Shown one piece after another: positions 1-12,766 of a stretch of 64,000 bases of DNA. The notes beneath the pieces are model-generated. The model saw only the letters and a list, made by a program, of their open reading frames with translations. It had not been told where the DNA came from and did no database searches. Origin of the DNA: Gonapodya sp. JEL0774 (lineage: Eukaryota); NCBI GenBank assembly GCA_027604505.1, contig JADIIX010000119.1:1-64000 (forward strand), in the 5' to 3' direction. Position numbers and translations under genes: made by a program. How positions within the stretch are numbered: position 1 is the first letter of the stretch; every line of letters begins with the position of its first letter.

Positions 1-1536
1 CACAACGCACGCGAGCTTTATCCTTACGACAGAGTGTGTGCGAGACGTTCGTTGGAATTTGCGTTGTTTCTTCGGCGTTCACCTTCCTTCGTCTTCCCAG
101 CGCCTCCCTGTTGTTTCAGAGGATGGTAAGATCGTGAGACAAAGGGGGTCTTTAAATGATTCACTGCAGCAACTTAGCAAAAAGGTTGGAAAGAAAGGTA
201 GGAACTGTAGCTCCTGGCTCACAAATCTCTCCTGACAATATCCCATCAAAGTTGACAGGTCCGCTCAGGCTGCGGACCTCACTTCAGCTGAGTTTCAAGG
301 ACTGAGGCTTCAGGAGTGGTACGAGCTTTGTGTCCAGGTGAGTGAGAGTCTGATCCAAAAACTTCATGGGCAAGCACAAGAATAGAGTTCGATTCAGTAT
401 GCGACGATGTTGGCCCGCAAATTCCGCCACGAGGAGGCTCAAGCAGTTTTAATGTCTACGGCGAATGCCGTAGTGTTCGCGTACAACAAGGAGATGGCCT
501 GGAGACTGCATTTGCACATGCTTTGTAAGTTCTAAATCTGTTTTCTAACGTAAGTCTGCTTACGGTACATATCGTAGCGGTTGCGGTGGCATGCAACAAT
601 ACCAGCAAGATTAGCGAAGTGTGTCGTTGGTTTTGCAACGAACGACAAGTGCGTGGGGATGCATTCCGGCTCTTTTGTGCTTCGTTAAGCAGGTGCGTCG
701 CGCTGCTGGAGCGACCGAAATGTTATTCCGTTCAGAATCCTGTCGTTTGCCTCTCTCGTTAGTGGGTCAGATTCCATAGCCATGTTCAATTACACTACGG
801 GCCACAAATACTTCCTGCGCCAGCTTAATATGGAGGACGCAAAAGGTGAAGGAAGTGGAGAGGTCGAAACGTTGACCCCGTTCTCGTTACTCTTTATGGA
901 CATGTGTCATTGGGGGCCAGGAGCTTCCCAAAGGCAATTGCTCTGTTTATCAAATTCAACTCTCATCTCTCACTTCGTGTTGAGAGGCTAAAAGAATAAA
1001 CGCAACTGGGATTTACACGCGCGCCTAGCACATGTGCCCGGCGGATCCTCTCATAAGCCTTTCACTTGGAGTGGCTCACATACAACGATCGATGAACCGA
1101 CAGACAGTTAATCGGCATTTACAAGTTGTACAGGTGCGACTATCTACAAGTCTTTGGCACAGTAGATGGAAATGCGTCACTGAAACTTGGTTGCGCCAGG
1201 GGTTTACGTTTATATTCCGATACTACGATCTGCGGCGCGGCAGTGCAGAAGCCTGCTATAATGTGGGCCGGGCATTTCATCAACTCAGTGGGTTAATCTG
1301 ATGTTTGGTGCCGCAACAAAGTTTAACAAATTTGGGCCGTAGGTCTCTTCCATCTGGCCGTTCCTTACTATGAGCGCTGTCTCAGACTGTCCTCCTTGTC
1401 GTCATCCAGTAATTGTGCATCTCCAGACACCCCAGATATCTCTCGCGAGGCTGCATACAACTTGACGAGGCTCTACATGCGGACCGGATCGATAGCCATG
1501 GCGACAACAATTGCCAGCAAGTACTTAGTGGTTTAA
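1..1536 (+). CDS. TFC4: TFIIIC TPR subunit (Tfc4/GTF3C3-like), 3' part, multi-exon; 5' end lies outside the window
   Basis: Spliced peptides DPLISLSLGVAHIQRSMNRQTVNRHLQVVQ|GFTFIFRYY..EACYNVGRAFHQL|GLFHLAVPYYERC..LSREAAYNLTRLYMRTGS match the characteristic Tfc4 C-terminal TPRs; stop TAA at 1534-1536. Confidence 0.85.
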
Positions 1537-1764
1537 AATGGTAATTGGGGAAAGCTTCATGTACATACAAACCACACTTCCAGTAATGCCGCTTGCAGAA
1601 GTGGATTCACAAATGCCATGCAAGGCAGTAATGCCATTACTGCCATAAAGTAAAACAAAAAAAAAATTATTAAATGAAAAACATAAAATAAAATGTCACC
1701 AGGCACTCTTCAGTTGCGCTTTGTCCGAAGCCGGTCTTCTCAAATTTGCACGAACTCCGTCGCC

Positions 1765-4700
1765 ATGACACCTGGTATCCCTGCGCTCGATGTACTCCAA
1801 TGTGGATGGATCACGCATGCTGGCGATCGAAAACGCCATCAAACGGCACCAATATATTCTGTCCACTGGCATCCTATTGGTGACAAAATTGTAACCGGAG
1901 GAACTGGTTGGTTGATTCGAAAGCTCTGTCTACGGATAATGCGTTAATGAAGATCAGAGAGTGGCAGCGTTCACGGAAATTGGGATGCAGGACTGTTATA
2001 GTTCTGGATCGCCATTCAGCAGAACCTTTTAAAGACATTATCGAGATGTTCATTGGGACGGCAATGAAGAAACAACTTTCTAAAAGTTTCTCATGCTGCA
2101 CCGAGAAAGCACTCTGGGTATCATTTGGATGGTGTACTGTAGAGTTTTCCTCTCTGGGTGAACGTTCTCCGCTCACTTCCCGCACTGGCACTCCGTTCCA
2201 AAAGGACCCGAATCCGTCAAAATTTGGAATGCTGCGCCGCTACTTGATGAGAGCATTGAGCTTGATTCCGACGTTCCGAAACTCCTGTCGACACTCACAG
2301 CTCATGATGGTGAGCACCAGAGTCACAGAGGCCAAGCACAGAAGGAATGTGGTGAAGCCAGGGATAGTAGTGCCTTTGAATGAGGACGTAGATCGTAAAA
2401 CAAGACTGCGTGATCTTGTACTGCGTAAAACCTCCTGGTCAGACTCCTAACTCCTCCAAATTGACCACCACCCAGGGAACGCTCTCTGTGTGCGCTGGTC
2501 TCCGGGGAGTGGTAAATACCTTGCCTCCGGATCTGACGACAGAACTATTATATTGTGGACCAGAGAAACGTGAGATCAATTTGGAATTTGGGAAGTCGGA
2601 TGATACATGAAGTGCCCGTTCTCTCCCGCCATGTCCGGAGACAGCTCCAACATTCCTCCGGCTCCTTTATTCGGTTCCAAAGCAATTCAGGTGGAGCGTT
2701 ACTCGACAGTCCAAATCCTTCGGGGACATAACTTAGGTTAGTGTTTTGGAAGGAGTGGAATGATGTTTATCCGAGGTGGGGTCGGTGACCCGCTCGTGGC
2801 ATTTCGTTTCACTCTTCCTCGTGATGAGTTCAAAATATCTTCGAAGTATGCCATTCCATGCATCTTGACGATGGTGCACTTTTCCGTCCCACCACAGATG
2901 TGTTCGACCTCGCATGGTCCCCTGACGGGACTTTTCTCGCTTCGTGTTCAGCCGACTGCACAATCCGCATTTGGGATGTAGCAACCTGTACAACTTTCCG
3001 CATCCTCGACCAAACGTCCTTGCCGAGGGAACCTAGTGGAGTTGCTGCCAGTGCAGCTACGTCCAGTGGATCTGTGGCAAAGGCGAAGGAACTTCAGGAT
3101 TCCTTAGGTTTCGTGAAAGGCTTAGCATGGGATCCGGCGGGGAAGTTCCTCGCAGCGCAGGTGTTGTATCCTTCGTTTCATACTTATTCTCATAGTGCTC
3201 TCCAAATCTTTACGTGTTGTGAACCTTTTGCAGTCGGACGACAAATCTGTCGTTATTTGGTCTGCTTCTAGTACACCTGATGGCTGGGGAACGGAGCGAA
3301 GAGTGCGCGACCCTTATCAGGGGGCTATGCAGGCACCGTGGTTCTCCCGACTGAGGTGGGAACATCCGATTGGGCTGGCAGTCGTGGACGGTTGTTGTTA
3401 AAACTGCTTTTAGCTGGTCTCCGGACGGTACGTTTCTCGCCACAGCAGGCGGATATAATGCTCGTATGCCCTGTGTTCCTCTTCTTGTGCGTGGGGATGA
3501 ATGGCGACCGGAATTGTGGCTCATAGGCCATGTGAAATCGGTTGAAGTGGCAGTGAGTGAAAGTCGGTCATTGAGACAGTCTTTAACTGTTGAAACGTTT
3601 CCTCTTCGACAGCGCTTTAGCCCACTTCTTTTCAGACCGTCCGACTCCTCGATGGGAGGTTCAGCGTCCTCTACTTCTAACCCTATAACATTGCCGACTC
3701 TCTCTTTGAACAGCGACCCTTTCGCATTATGTGCCACAGCTTCGGAAGATGGCTGCATTGTATTATGGCGAAGCGGACGAGCACGGTCTCTTCTGGCGGT
3801 GACGAACTTATTTGATTCCACGGTTCACGACTTGGCTTGGTATGTTTCGCTGATTCCTGGTAGAAAACTCATTAATAGTGAGAGACATCACGCTCCTTCC
3901 AAGGTCTCCTGATGGTCTCAACCTGATTGCCGCGTCACATAACGGCACATGTGCGATTCTTCATATCGACGCCACAGCACTTGGAGTGCCTGTCGTCGCA
4001 TCTGAGGTGTCTGAACGACTCGCTAAGTTTGGGAGCGTGGGTGCGACGCGATTGGCTGAGACTCCCGATCAAATTCTGAGGGAAGAGAAGGCAGACGAAA
4101 TGGCTGTTCCTAAACTTGTTTCTGGAAATGCGTCGGCTAGCTCCATCGTGGCATCCGTGCGGTTAGCTACGGAGTCTCTCGGAGTGTCTGCGCCATCGTC
4201 AGGGCACCTGGTGACAATCACCAAGGAAGGGAAAAAACGAATTCAACCAACATTCATTCGCTCCTTGGGAGGAAGGTCTGGCGAGCTGTTGCATTCGGTG
4301 AGAGATTCCTGAGCGACTCGCCATTGGCAAAATTGGTGCTCCAAAGGTCCTAATCATCTCTCCTGTTTTTTTAACCAGTCTCAACAACCTGAGGAGCCCA
4401 AGGCTTCGACTGGCTCAATTGCCTCTGAGCCTGGCATCCGAGATACTGGAAAGCGAAAGGCAGATCAGCAAATGGAGGAGAATAATGGAGAAACAGACTA
4501 TGCTACTAAAAAGTTCAGGACCATGACAATTCGAGTACCGGTATGTTGAATTATGCCTTATCTTTGACCACTGCAGAGTTTCCTAAGCTCGGGCGTACAC
4601 CAAGGTTGTAGCTTCGCCCGTGAATTTAGCGGCTCCTCCAATACAGAAGCGCACCTTGTGTCGGTTTTGTCCGTCCGGGCCCGCAGCTGGTATGGCTGCC

Positions 4701-6132
4701 GGTCATGTTCGGGACGTAGAATTGGTGAACCCTTTGCTTGATAAAGGTTGGTGATGGAAGCGTTTGTGGAATGCGCTTCTCAGATCCCATGAACAAGAGT
4801 ATCGCAAGTTTTAATCGGTTTTCAGGAAGTTCCCAGGTTCGCTGCACCAGGGAGGGTAAAACCTTATGGGAAGATTTGCATTCGCATCCTGCGATGCATA
4901 TCGCCGCTGGCGATGCATTTGTCGCCCTCACCACTGTTGACGGTGGCTTGTGGGCTTACTCACCTGCGGGAAGAAGGTGCGCAAGACTTTTGAGTGATCA
5001 ATGAACACCATTTCTTTCATTCGGTACGAATACTCATAGCCGTCATGAATCTGTCAGGATACTGCCACCCATAGTGTTGGAATCACGACCAGTGTTTCTA
5101 GATGCAGTTGGGGAGTGCGTGATGGTTATAACCCAAAACGGAGGGCTGTATACATGGTGAGTGTCATGAAAGAGTGCAATTGTTGACGTTCCATCACCGT
5201 GCGTTCTTGTGCAGGAACGTCATCCGACGAACATCTATCCTGGACGGTGTTTCAGTTGCCGCCGTGCTCAATAAATTTGATCGCCGACCTGAAATTCGAA
5301 TCGAATACGCACATCTTCTTGGACCAGGAGCAATTCCGCTTGTTGCCACTTCTGACCTGTCCGCCTATGCATATGACGCAGATCTCGCTGCGTGGATCAG
5401 AGTTATTGAACGACCGGCTTTTGAGCGGGTGACCGGAAAGGTCCCAGGACGAGCTCATGGTGTTGGGTCTGAGTGGAGCTCTTTGGCGGCAGAAATCGCC
5501 GCGCGGGTAGAAGATGGCAAAGATTTAGCAAAGAGGATTGGGGATGCGAAGGTCGGACCTCTTACGAAAACAGAACACGCAATTGCAAAACTGGAAGCAA
5601 GGCGCGGAGAAGGGAGGTTTGGAGCTGATGTATCGAGAATGACTTTCGGGATGGTGGAAGTGGGTTGGGTTATTCGATTCTTCAAGCAGCCGAGAATTCT
5701 GAGCCTTTGTACTTCTGCAGAACCAACTTTGTTCATCTCGCACTTTGAAATCGTTTGATGAGTATCTGTTTTGGTTGCGAGAGTACGCAAGGAAGTTGGT
5801 AGAGACTGTCAATTTGGACAAGGTTGATGAGCTGCTGGACGAAATTTCGGCGAACTTTGAGGGATCGACAGAGGACCATGAAGAAGCGGACGAGTCGTGG
5901 AACATGGAGGAGGCTCTGATTCATATTCTGCCTATTTTGTGTGAGTTTGCTGCGTCGTCAAATTTGAAAGTCAGTTGGAGGCTCTTAACCTTTCCAACGG
6001 CCTCGATACCTAATTTGTGAATTAACCTGATAAAAAGCGAAACAACGTGCCTATGCGCGTCGTATTGATGCACTCATGGAGGCGATGAATCTTCGTCGGA
6101 TAACGGGAAGTCCTGCTTCCCTTGCAGATTGA
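1765..6132 (+). CDS. HIR1: HIRA/Hir1 histone chaperone (WD40 plus Hira domain), multi-exon
   Basis: N-terminal GWITHAG..PIYSVHWHPIGDKIVTGG; WD40 repeats (DVFDLAWSPDGTFLASCSADCTIRIWD, FVKGLAWDPAGKFLAAQ|SDDKSVVIW); B-motif TITKEGKKRIQPTFI; C-terminal EYLFWLREYARKL; stop TGA at 6130-6132. Confidence 0.9.
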
Positions 6133-6317
6133 TTTCATGTATTACTTTAACTCGTGTCCATAAATTCTAATGTTGCCCTGTAACTGTAACCAAAAAAAGT
6201 CGTGTCTACAATGTTCATATCACGTGAGGAGATATATGACAAATTGATTGGTGTGAGGCACACTATCTACATATCACTCCCTCCGTGCCGATTCTGTCCA
6301 CTGGCCACGCTGCTTGG

Positions 6318-9300
6318 ATGTCGTTTTTCTCTTCCCTATTGGGGGCCCCATCCGGCGGTGGTCCTCGCGTGGGTGGTGGCATCCCTGCACAAGACCCACG
6401 CGCCGTAGTGGAGCGCTTGGTGGACCGGGTCGCTCATTCTCAACTGATGGAAGATAGGAGAGCAGGGGTCCTTGGATTGAAGGGTATGTCGAGGGATTTC
6501 AAATTGGTGAGTTCTTAGGGGATTCACCTGCACATGATCTGGGATTACGACGGGGAGAAGAGCCGGCTGAGTGACAGCGACGTCAATGAAATCGTGCAGT
6601 TAGATGCGATCAAGGATTTCTGCGCTCCATTTCCAGTCCCAGACTTGCGCATGAGATGTCGTCGCCCCGAGGAACTATCGGAGTGGTACCTTGTCTTTCA
6701 AATGTATGAAACCAGAGGAGTCTCATGAGAATTTTCTGATGGGCATCTTTTGAGGTTTGGGCCTGTTCAGATGTACTATTTCATTCGTACTTAGTTAATG
6801 CAATACTTCAATTTGTTCTTTAGGAAGTCGGCACTCTTGGACTTGGGCCCCTTGCAGATCTTCTCAAATCTGAGGACACCGATGTGGAGACCCTGAAAGC
6901 GGTTTTAGAGACTCTGAACACTCTGTGCACCCCGGAGGAAGGGAACGCCATCAAGGGAGAGGGAGATGCGGAAGATCTTGGCGTGCAGGTACGCGAGATA
7001 TGACACCAGAAACTTGTTCTCGACTATTCCACAGCGGAAGCCGAAAACTAAGAAGCAAGCTTGCCAGGCTGGAAAGGGTTTTACTTGAATGAGGCGAAGA
7101 GTGCGAGTGGAGTGAAATCTTATTTTGCGTTCTTCCACATCGCTCTTGCATAGTTCACCGAAATCCTCATCAAAGATCCTGCCACTGTCTCTGCTCTCCT
7201 CTCAATCCTTTCTGAACTTGACTTTTACGTGCGGTACCAATCTGTAGAGCTATTAGGAACACTACTGGCCAATAGCCCAGATTCACTCCAATTATCGATC
7301 CTGTCCGCTCCTGGCGGAGTGGGAAGGCTCATGGACCTGTTGGAGGACAAGCGAGAAGCAATCAGAAATGGTGATATTCATGTCCTGTTCCTTCTCTGCT
7401 CCGATGGGTGTTGACCGCAAAACCCCCTTTAACTCAGCGGGGCTCCTCCTTCTCATTACTCTCACTCACTCCAATGCCGATATTCAGAAAATCATCGCCT
7501 TTGAGAACGCCTTCGATCGATTGGTAGACATCGTTCTAGAAGAAGGGGCAACAGATGGTGGCATAGTTGTGCAGGATTGCCTGCAGTTGATGGTGAATCT
7601 CTTGAGGTACAACACTAGTAATCAGGTGAACTGTTATACTCGCACAGTGGTGGTGGCGTATTTTCAAATTTCCTACTCGTGATCCCAGACTCTGTTCCGG
7701 GAATCTGGAATCATTTCCCGGCTACCGGAACTCCTTCTGTCTCGTCCCTCTCCAAAAATATCGGCTTCTGCTCCCTTACCCGAAGTTGTTCCAATTTACT
7801 CCGATCTGGTTGAATGGACGGATCAGAAAACCGTGAACGCGATCTTAGTACTGGAACTCGTCAGGATCTTGGTCGTACCAAACTCACCAAATACTCCCGG
7901 CAATCAGCTCGTAATGAATCAGGCCATATTACCCGCGATAGTGGAGATGGCTGTGGGTGGAAATGGTCCGATTCGGGTTCGAATACAGGTGCGGGCCACT
8001 TGGAGTGACGGCGAAGGGCACTGATCCTCAAATCTCATTCGCAGTCTCTTTATGCGATGGCGGACCTTATACGCGGCAGCCAAGCCAACCAAGATCTGTT
8101 TTCGAAATCTGCTGTTCCCGCTCGTCCCATCTCTGGTTTCCTGAGAGTCAACGCATCACCCCGTCAACCTGTTGCTCCTCAAATCCCCCCAAAACCAGCG
8201 GTAGTTGTAGCAATTGAGGCGGCCGTGCAACCACCACCACCAGTCGACGAAGAATACGGGCGCCGAGCGAGGACAGTGCAGGTGGCAGACGAGTTCGCGG
8301 TGCGAACTGCAGCGGCTTACGCTGTGCAAGTGAGAATTGCTGCCCTACCACAGTTTCAATTGGACGCAGTTCCAAAGACTTTCTTTTTTTAGTGCTATCT
8401 ACACAACAACCCGGATGGCCAGCTCGCCATTGCCGCCACTCTGCGAGCTCCTCCAGCTGATAATCCAGATACTCAGGTGGCTCTTGCTTCCAACAGCTCC
8501 TCTCAGCTCGCTCCGGATGACCGCCCACACTCTGCGGGCTCACTGCTCGTGGAAGCTTTGATTGATTGGCGAGGTGCGCGAAAGGATCCGTTCCGGAGCT
8601 GGTTCGCTGCAGTTGAAATGCTGCATATCGTCCGAAAGAACGAGACCACCAAGGGCTTACTTGCGGCAATTTCTGTACAAGATGAAGGTGCGTTTCTGAC
8701 AGATATGTCGCATGGATCCATATGTATTGACTGTGGTGTGCCCCTTGCGAAGACGAACCCATTTCCTTGCTGCATAAAGTCTTCCAGAGCATAATATTGG
8801 CTGCGCGAGAGCAGCTCGACGTTCGTGTGCAATGTGGCCTCTACTCACTACTATGTACATGGTTGTTTGAGTTTCCGAAGGGAATTGGAATGTTTTTGGA
8901 GGAGGGGGTGAACCTACAATTCGTGAGTGCCATCTCTTGTATGGTATCAATAGCCGTTCAATGCGTTTGAAACCTCCAACCATAGCTGATTGAGCAAATC
9001 AAACAATCCTCGAATGTTGACCCTCTCGTTCAAGGTCTCGCAGCATTTCTTCTCGGCATTTGCCTTGAGTTCAATGACGACACCCACCCTTCGTTCTCGC
9101 GCGCGTCTCTGCAGCAATTGGTTGCCAGTAGGGTCGGCGTAGATCTGTACACGAGTAGGATGGACCGGTTAAGGGAGTCCAAGGCTTTTAATCGTGCGAA
9201 TTTGATGATGCAGAGCCATGGAGACCTTGATGCGAAGGGATTGCCGGAGTTGTACTTTGATTATTTGTTCGTTGACATGTTCAAGACGAACTATGGTGAG

Positions 9301-9966
9301 GATTCAACTGATGATTACGGACCAGTGAGTATCTACGAGTATGTTTACTCATTTTTCGTTGGTCTTGTAGAAACCATTTCGAGGGCCGCGGCGTTTGGAG
9401 GTCAACGAGCAAAGCCAAAGTCAATGGAACTGGGTAAGTTAACATCGACATTTTATTTTTCAGTCAACTTAATGATTGTTGTACGACTTGTGTCTCTTTA
9501 TGCAAGTTCAGTCGATGACCCTTCGAATCCAATCGTCGCGAAATATCGGGACACCATTGCGAAGCAGGATGCCGAACTTGGAGTTGCTCATCGATTGCTG
9601 AAAGATGCAGAATCGCGACTCGCTGAACGAGAACGTGCACTGCAGGAAGTTGCGGCACGTGCCGCACAATTGGAACTGGCTCTGACAGAATCAGACGCAC
9701 GGCGACACGAAGCGCTTACTGCTGGCTCTGCCAACGTTGCTCCTGACGAGTCTACATCTTCTGCTGGAGGTTCGGAGATTTTGGCTCTGCAGACGCGGAT
9801 TTCACAATTGGAATCTGAACTTGCCGAAAAGACGCAGCGACTGGAGGAACAGTCGAGAGAGATGGACGATTTACTAGTTTGTCTTGCTGACGCAGATTTA
9901 GCAGCGAAGGACTTGAAAAATCGGCTACGGCAGCTTGGAGACGACGTGCCAGAAGACGATGAATGA
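6318..9966 (+). CDS. USO1: Uso1/p115 ER-Golgi vesicle tether (armadillo head plus coiled coil), multi-exon
   Basis: VERLVDRVAHSQLMEDRRAGVLGLKG, GVGRLMDLLEDKREAIRN, NADIQKIIAFENAFDRL, DGGIVVQDCLQLMVNLLRYNTSNQ, and acidic C-terminus EMDDLLVCLAD..LGDDVPEDDE*. Confidence 0.9.
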
Positions 9967-10043
9967 TATTGCATACAAAAACCAGAAAAGTAATTCGGAT
10001 ATGTCAATCAGTACCGCCGAATACCACAACAGCTCCAGCGTAT

Positions 10044-12453
10044 CTAGTATTTAAAAGACCTCAACTCTTCACACCTGGGTGTTTCCATGGCCTGAGCTTC
10101 TTTCAACATCTTTTCATCCGCTTTCCATAGTCCCCTCGACCTGGCAATGGCCATGTTCTTCCGCTCCATCTCTACTTGACACCACCTTCGAAGCTGATCA
10201 AGATACTGAGACTCGACATTGTCTTCTATAGAGGCCAGATCTCGTCGCAAGGCGTGGGTGGTGGGAGGTTCCAAGTGGGGGAATTTAGGAGTTACAAAGT
10301 AAGTTACGTGGTTGCGAGGTGTTTCACGACGGATAGGGTATGAAGGATGCTGAGTGAAGGAGAAGTTCCGCGTCGAATCGGCTGGAGATGGTATATTGTT
10401 TGAGAAAGAATCTCAACGTGGCACATTGGGGAAAAACTGGCACATTTCAATAAACACTCACACCCTGGCGCCACTAGTGCCATCATGATCCACGCCATCA
10501 CGAGAATCACCAATGGCAGTAATTGCGTAAGCGGATTGCCAACCCCTTCCCCCTGCCCGGTGTTTGTCTGTCGTCGGCGTGGTCCAGCATTCCGATACAC
10601 ACGGTAAACCCCCCCACCAGGCCCTCGAGCAAACTGAGGGCCGAAGTCGCCGCCGAAAAACATATTGAATATATCTTGAGAAGGAGAAAAGGAGAATTGG
10701 AGTCAGACGGAACAGAATATGTGAATAAAACCTCAGAATTGACAAAGTCGAAACAAACCTTCTGGCGTCAACTCCGTCTCAAACTCGGATCTAAAGCCTC
10801 TCGGCATTCCTCCGCCCCCACCACCACCGGCGGATCCTCGAGAATCTGGATCTCCTCCGATTTGATCATAGCGGACTCGCTTACCTGAAGAATGGAAACC
10901 AGACGTGCAATAATTATGTTAAGAGTGATGAGTGGGGCGGACGGAATGGCAGGCTTACCCTCGTCAGATAAACAAGAGAACGCACGGCCGATGGCTTTGA
11001 AAGCCTCTGACGCGCCTGGTGCACTAATATTTGGAAGCAATTTTTTGCCAAGACGGGGTTTGGGAAGAGTAAAGGGAGAACCCGCATCAGATCGCTGTCC
11101 GGATGGAGACTCCAGGAGAACCTCAACAACACATCCATCGTTGAATTCGTCAAAAGATTGCACGGGCATCAGCTCAAACTTCGAGTTCGAGCGAGTTTAG
11201 TAGCTCTACTCTCTGGTGAGGTCCCATAGGGAGTTCTTCGTTCCCCAATGCAGAGGTTCATAAATGGTGGCATTCTTTCGAGGACCGAGGGGTAGTGGCG
11301 GTTCGTGAGAACTCCTCTATTTGGCGGAGACCCTCGGGGAAAGCCACCCAAAACACCCAGGTACACACTGTTCCAATTGCAATCCAATCCATACGATCTA
11401 CTTTAGTCAACGAGCGGCTATCCCAAGATCTTCCCGACGTCTGTCACCGGCGACTCCTCTGTAGACCATCCCCCAAAGAAAACTCTACACACCTATTTTT
11501 ATCCGGATGAAATTGCAGCGCGAGCTTCCTATACGCCTTTTTTATCTCATCCGCCGAACATGTCTTCTCAAGTCCGAGGACTGCGTAAAAATCGTGCTTG
11601 ACCTTTATGATGCGCTGGCATTCTTTCTCTTGGGCCGACGTGTAGGATCGAGATGGTTCAGAGGAGTCGGGGAGGGAAGATGCAGAGGAAGAAGCGGAGG
11701 TGGTGGAAGGTGTGGGGGCAGCCCTCCGACGTGGCCCGTTAGAGGAGGTTGGGTCAGCTTAACCAACCGTCAGGTATTTGTACGTTGATTGACGGTAAGA
11801 CGTGGTTTAACGTAGTGAAGACAATTGAATACGCGCCAGCAGATATGAATATACCACGCGAAACGTTATCTTAAGTCGCGCGAGAAAGAGAGGATTGCCA
11901 AATCACCATGTCCGTTTGTCGACCCAGGATTGGAACCCGCCTCTTCACCTGGGGGTTCGGGATTAGCTTTCTTCCGTTCAAGGAACTCAAGCCAATCCTG
12001 TGTGGACAGTGGGATTCACCAAGCGGAAGGAAGTGAGTTTCCTGGAATCGATCGTTCACAGTGCAAGATCTCAGAATTGACAACTTGACGTTTCTCTCGG
12101 TTGCTAGCACTGGTTCCTCGTTGAATATGCTTCCGCTTCAAAGAATAGACCATTTCTTCAATCTTCACATCGTGATGGCGTCTCCTGCCACCCCTTCGAG
12201 TGACCGATCATTCCAAAATGTTCACATTCATTCGCTCTCACGACGTCCAAAAGCCCCACCATTAATTAATCACGCGTCTGGGGTTCTCCAGTGCTCCTTG
12301 CGCAATCGACCCGGACCCATCGCTTACCGTCGCCTCCAACGAGGTATGCATTTGCACGGCCTTCTTCGCAAGTCTCAGCGCATCATCCAGCTCACCCTCC
12401 TTGAACCGCGCGCGGGAACGTCCTAGTGCCTGCTGTGCGCCGTCCGCGTTCAT
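10044..12453 (-). CDS. ER-membrane J-domain co-chaperone (DNAJB12/DNAJB14/Hlj1-like), multi-exon
   Basis: N-terminal [23 protein letters not shown] domain [54 protein letters not shown] with intact HPD; G/F-rich region; TM segment [20 protein letters not shown]1977-like tail [19 protein letters not shown]. Confidence 0.88.
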
Positions 12454-12766
12454 GACGTGGAGTTTGTGTTGGAGAATGGGTAGGTGCTCTTGGTTGCCAA
12501 CGAAACGGATTTCCTCCACTGGTCCCACCCCCCCCCCTCCCCCTCCCCCACACACACCTCCCCCCATCCCAAACATTTTTCTAAAACCGCATTTACATAA
12601 ATTTAAAAGAGAGTGGCATTTTGTGGCGGCATGGCAGACAAATTGGATGTTGGGAGACAGGTTCACCAAGATGATCACCCAAGTGTTTCTCAGATTACGT
12701 ATTACTTCCGTTATATTCTACGCGAGAGAAATACTAGAAAGGGAAGGGGAAGGAAGGAGGAGACTC

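Noticed and set aside
6534..6740. TPP riboswitch or SECIS element in the USO1 intron
   Set aside because: It lacks the TPP core motifs (CUGAGA, CUUGAU..AUACCAGCG); it is not in a 3' UTR, and no in-frame UGA selenoprotein is evident nearby
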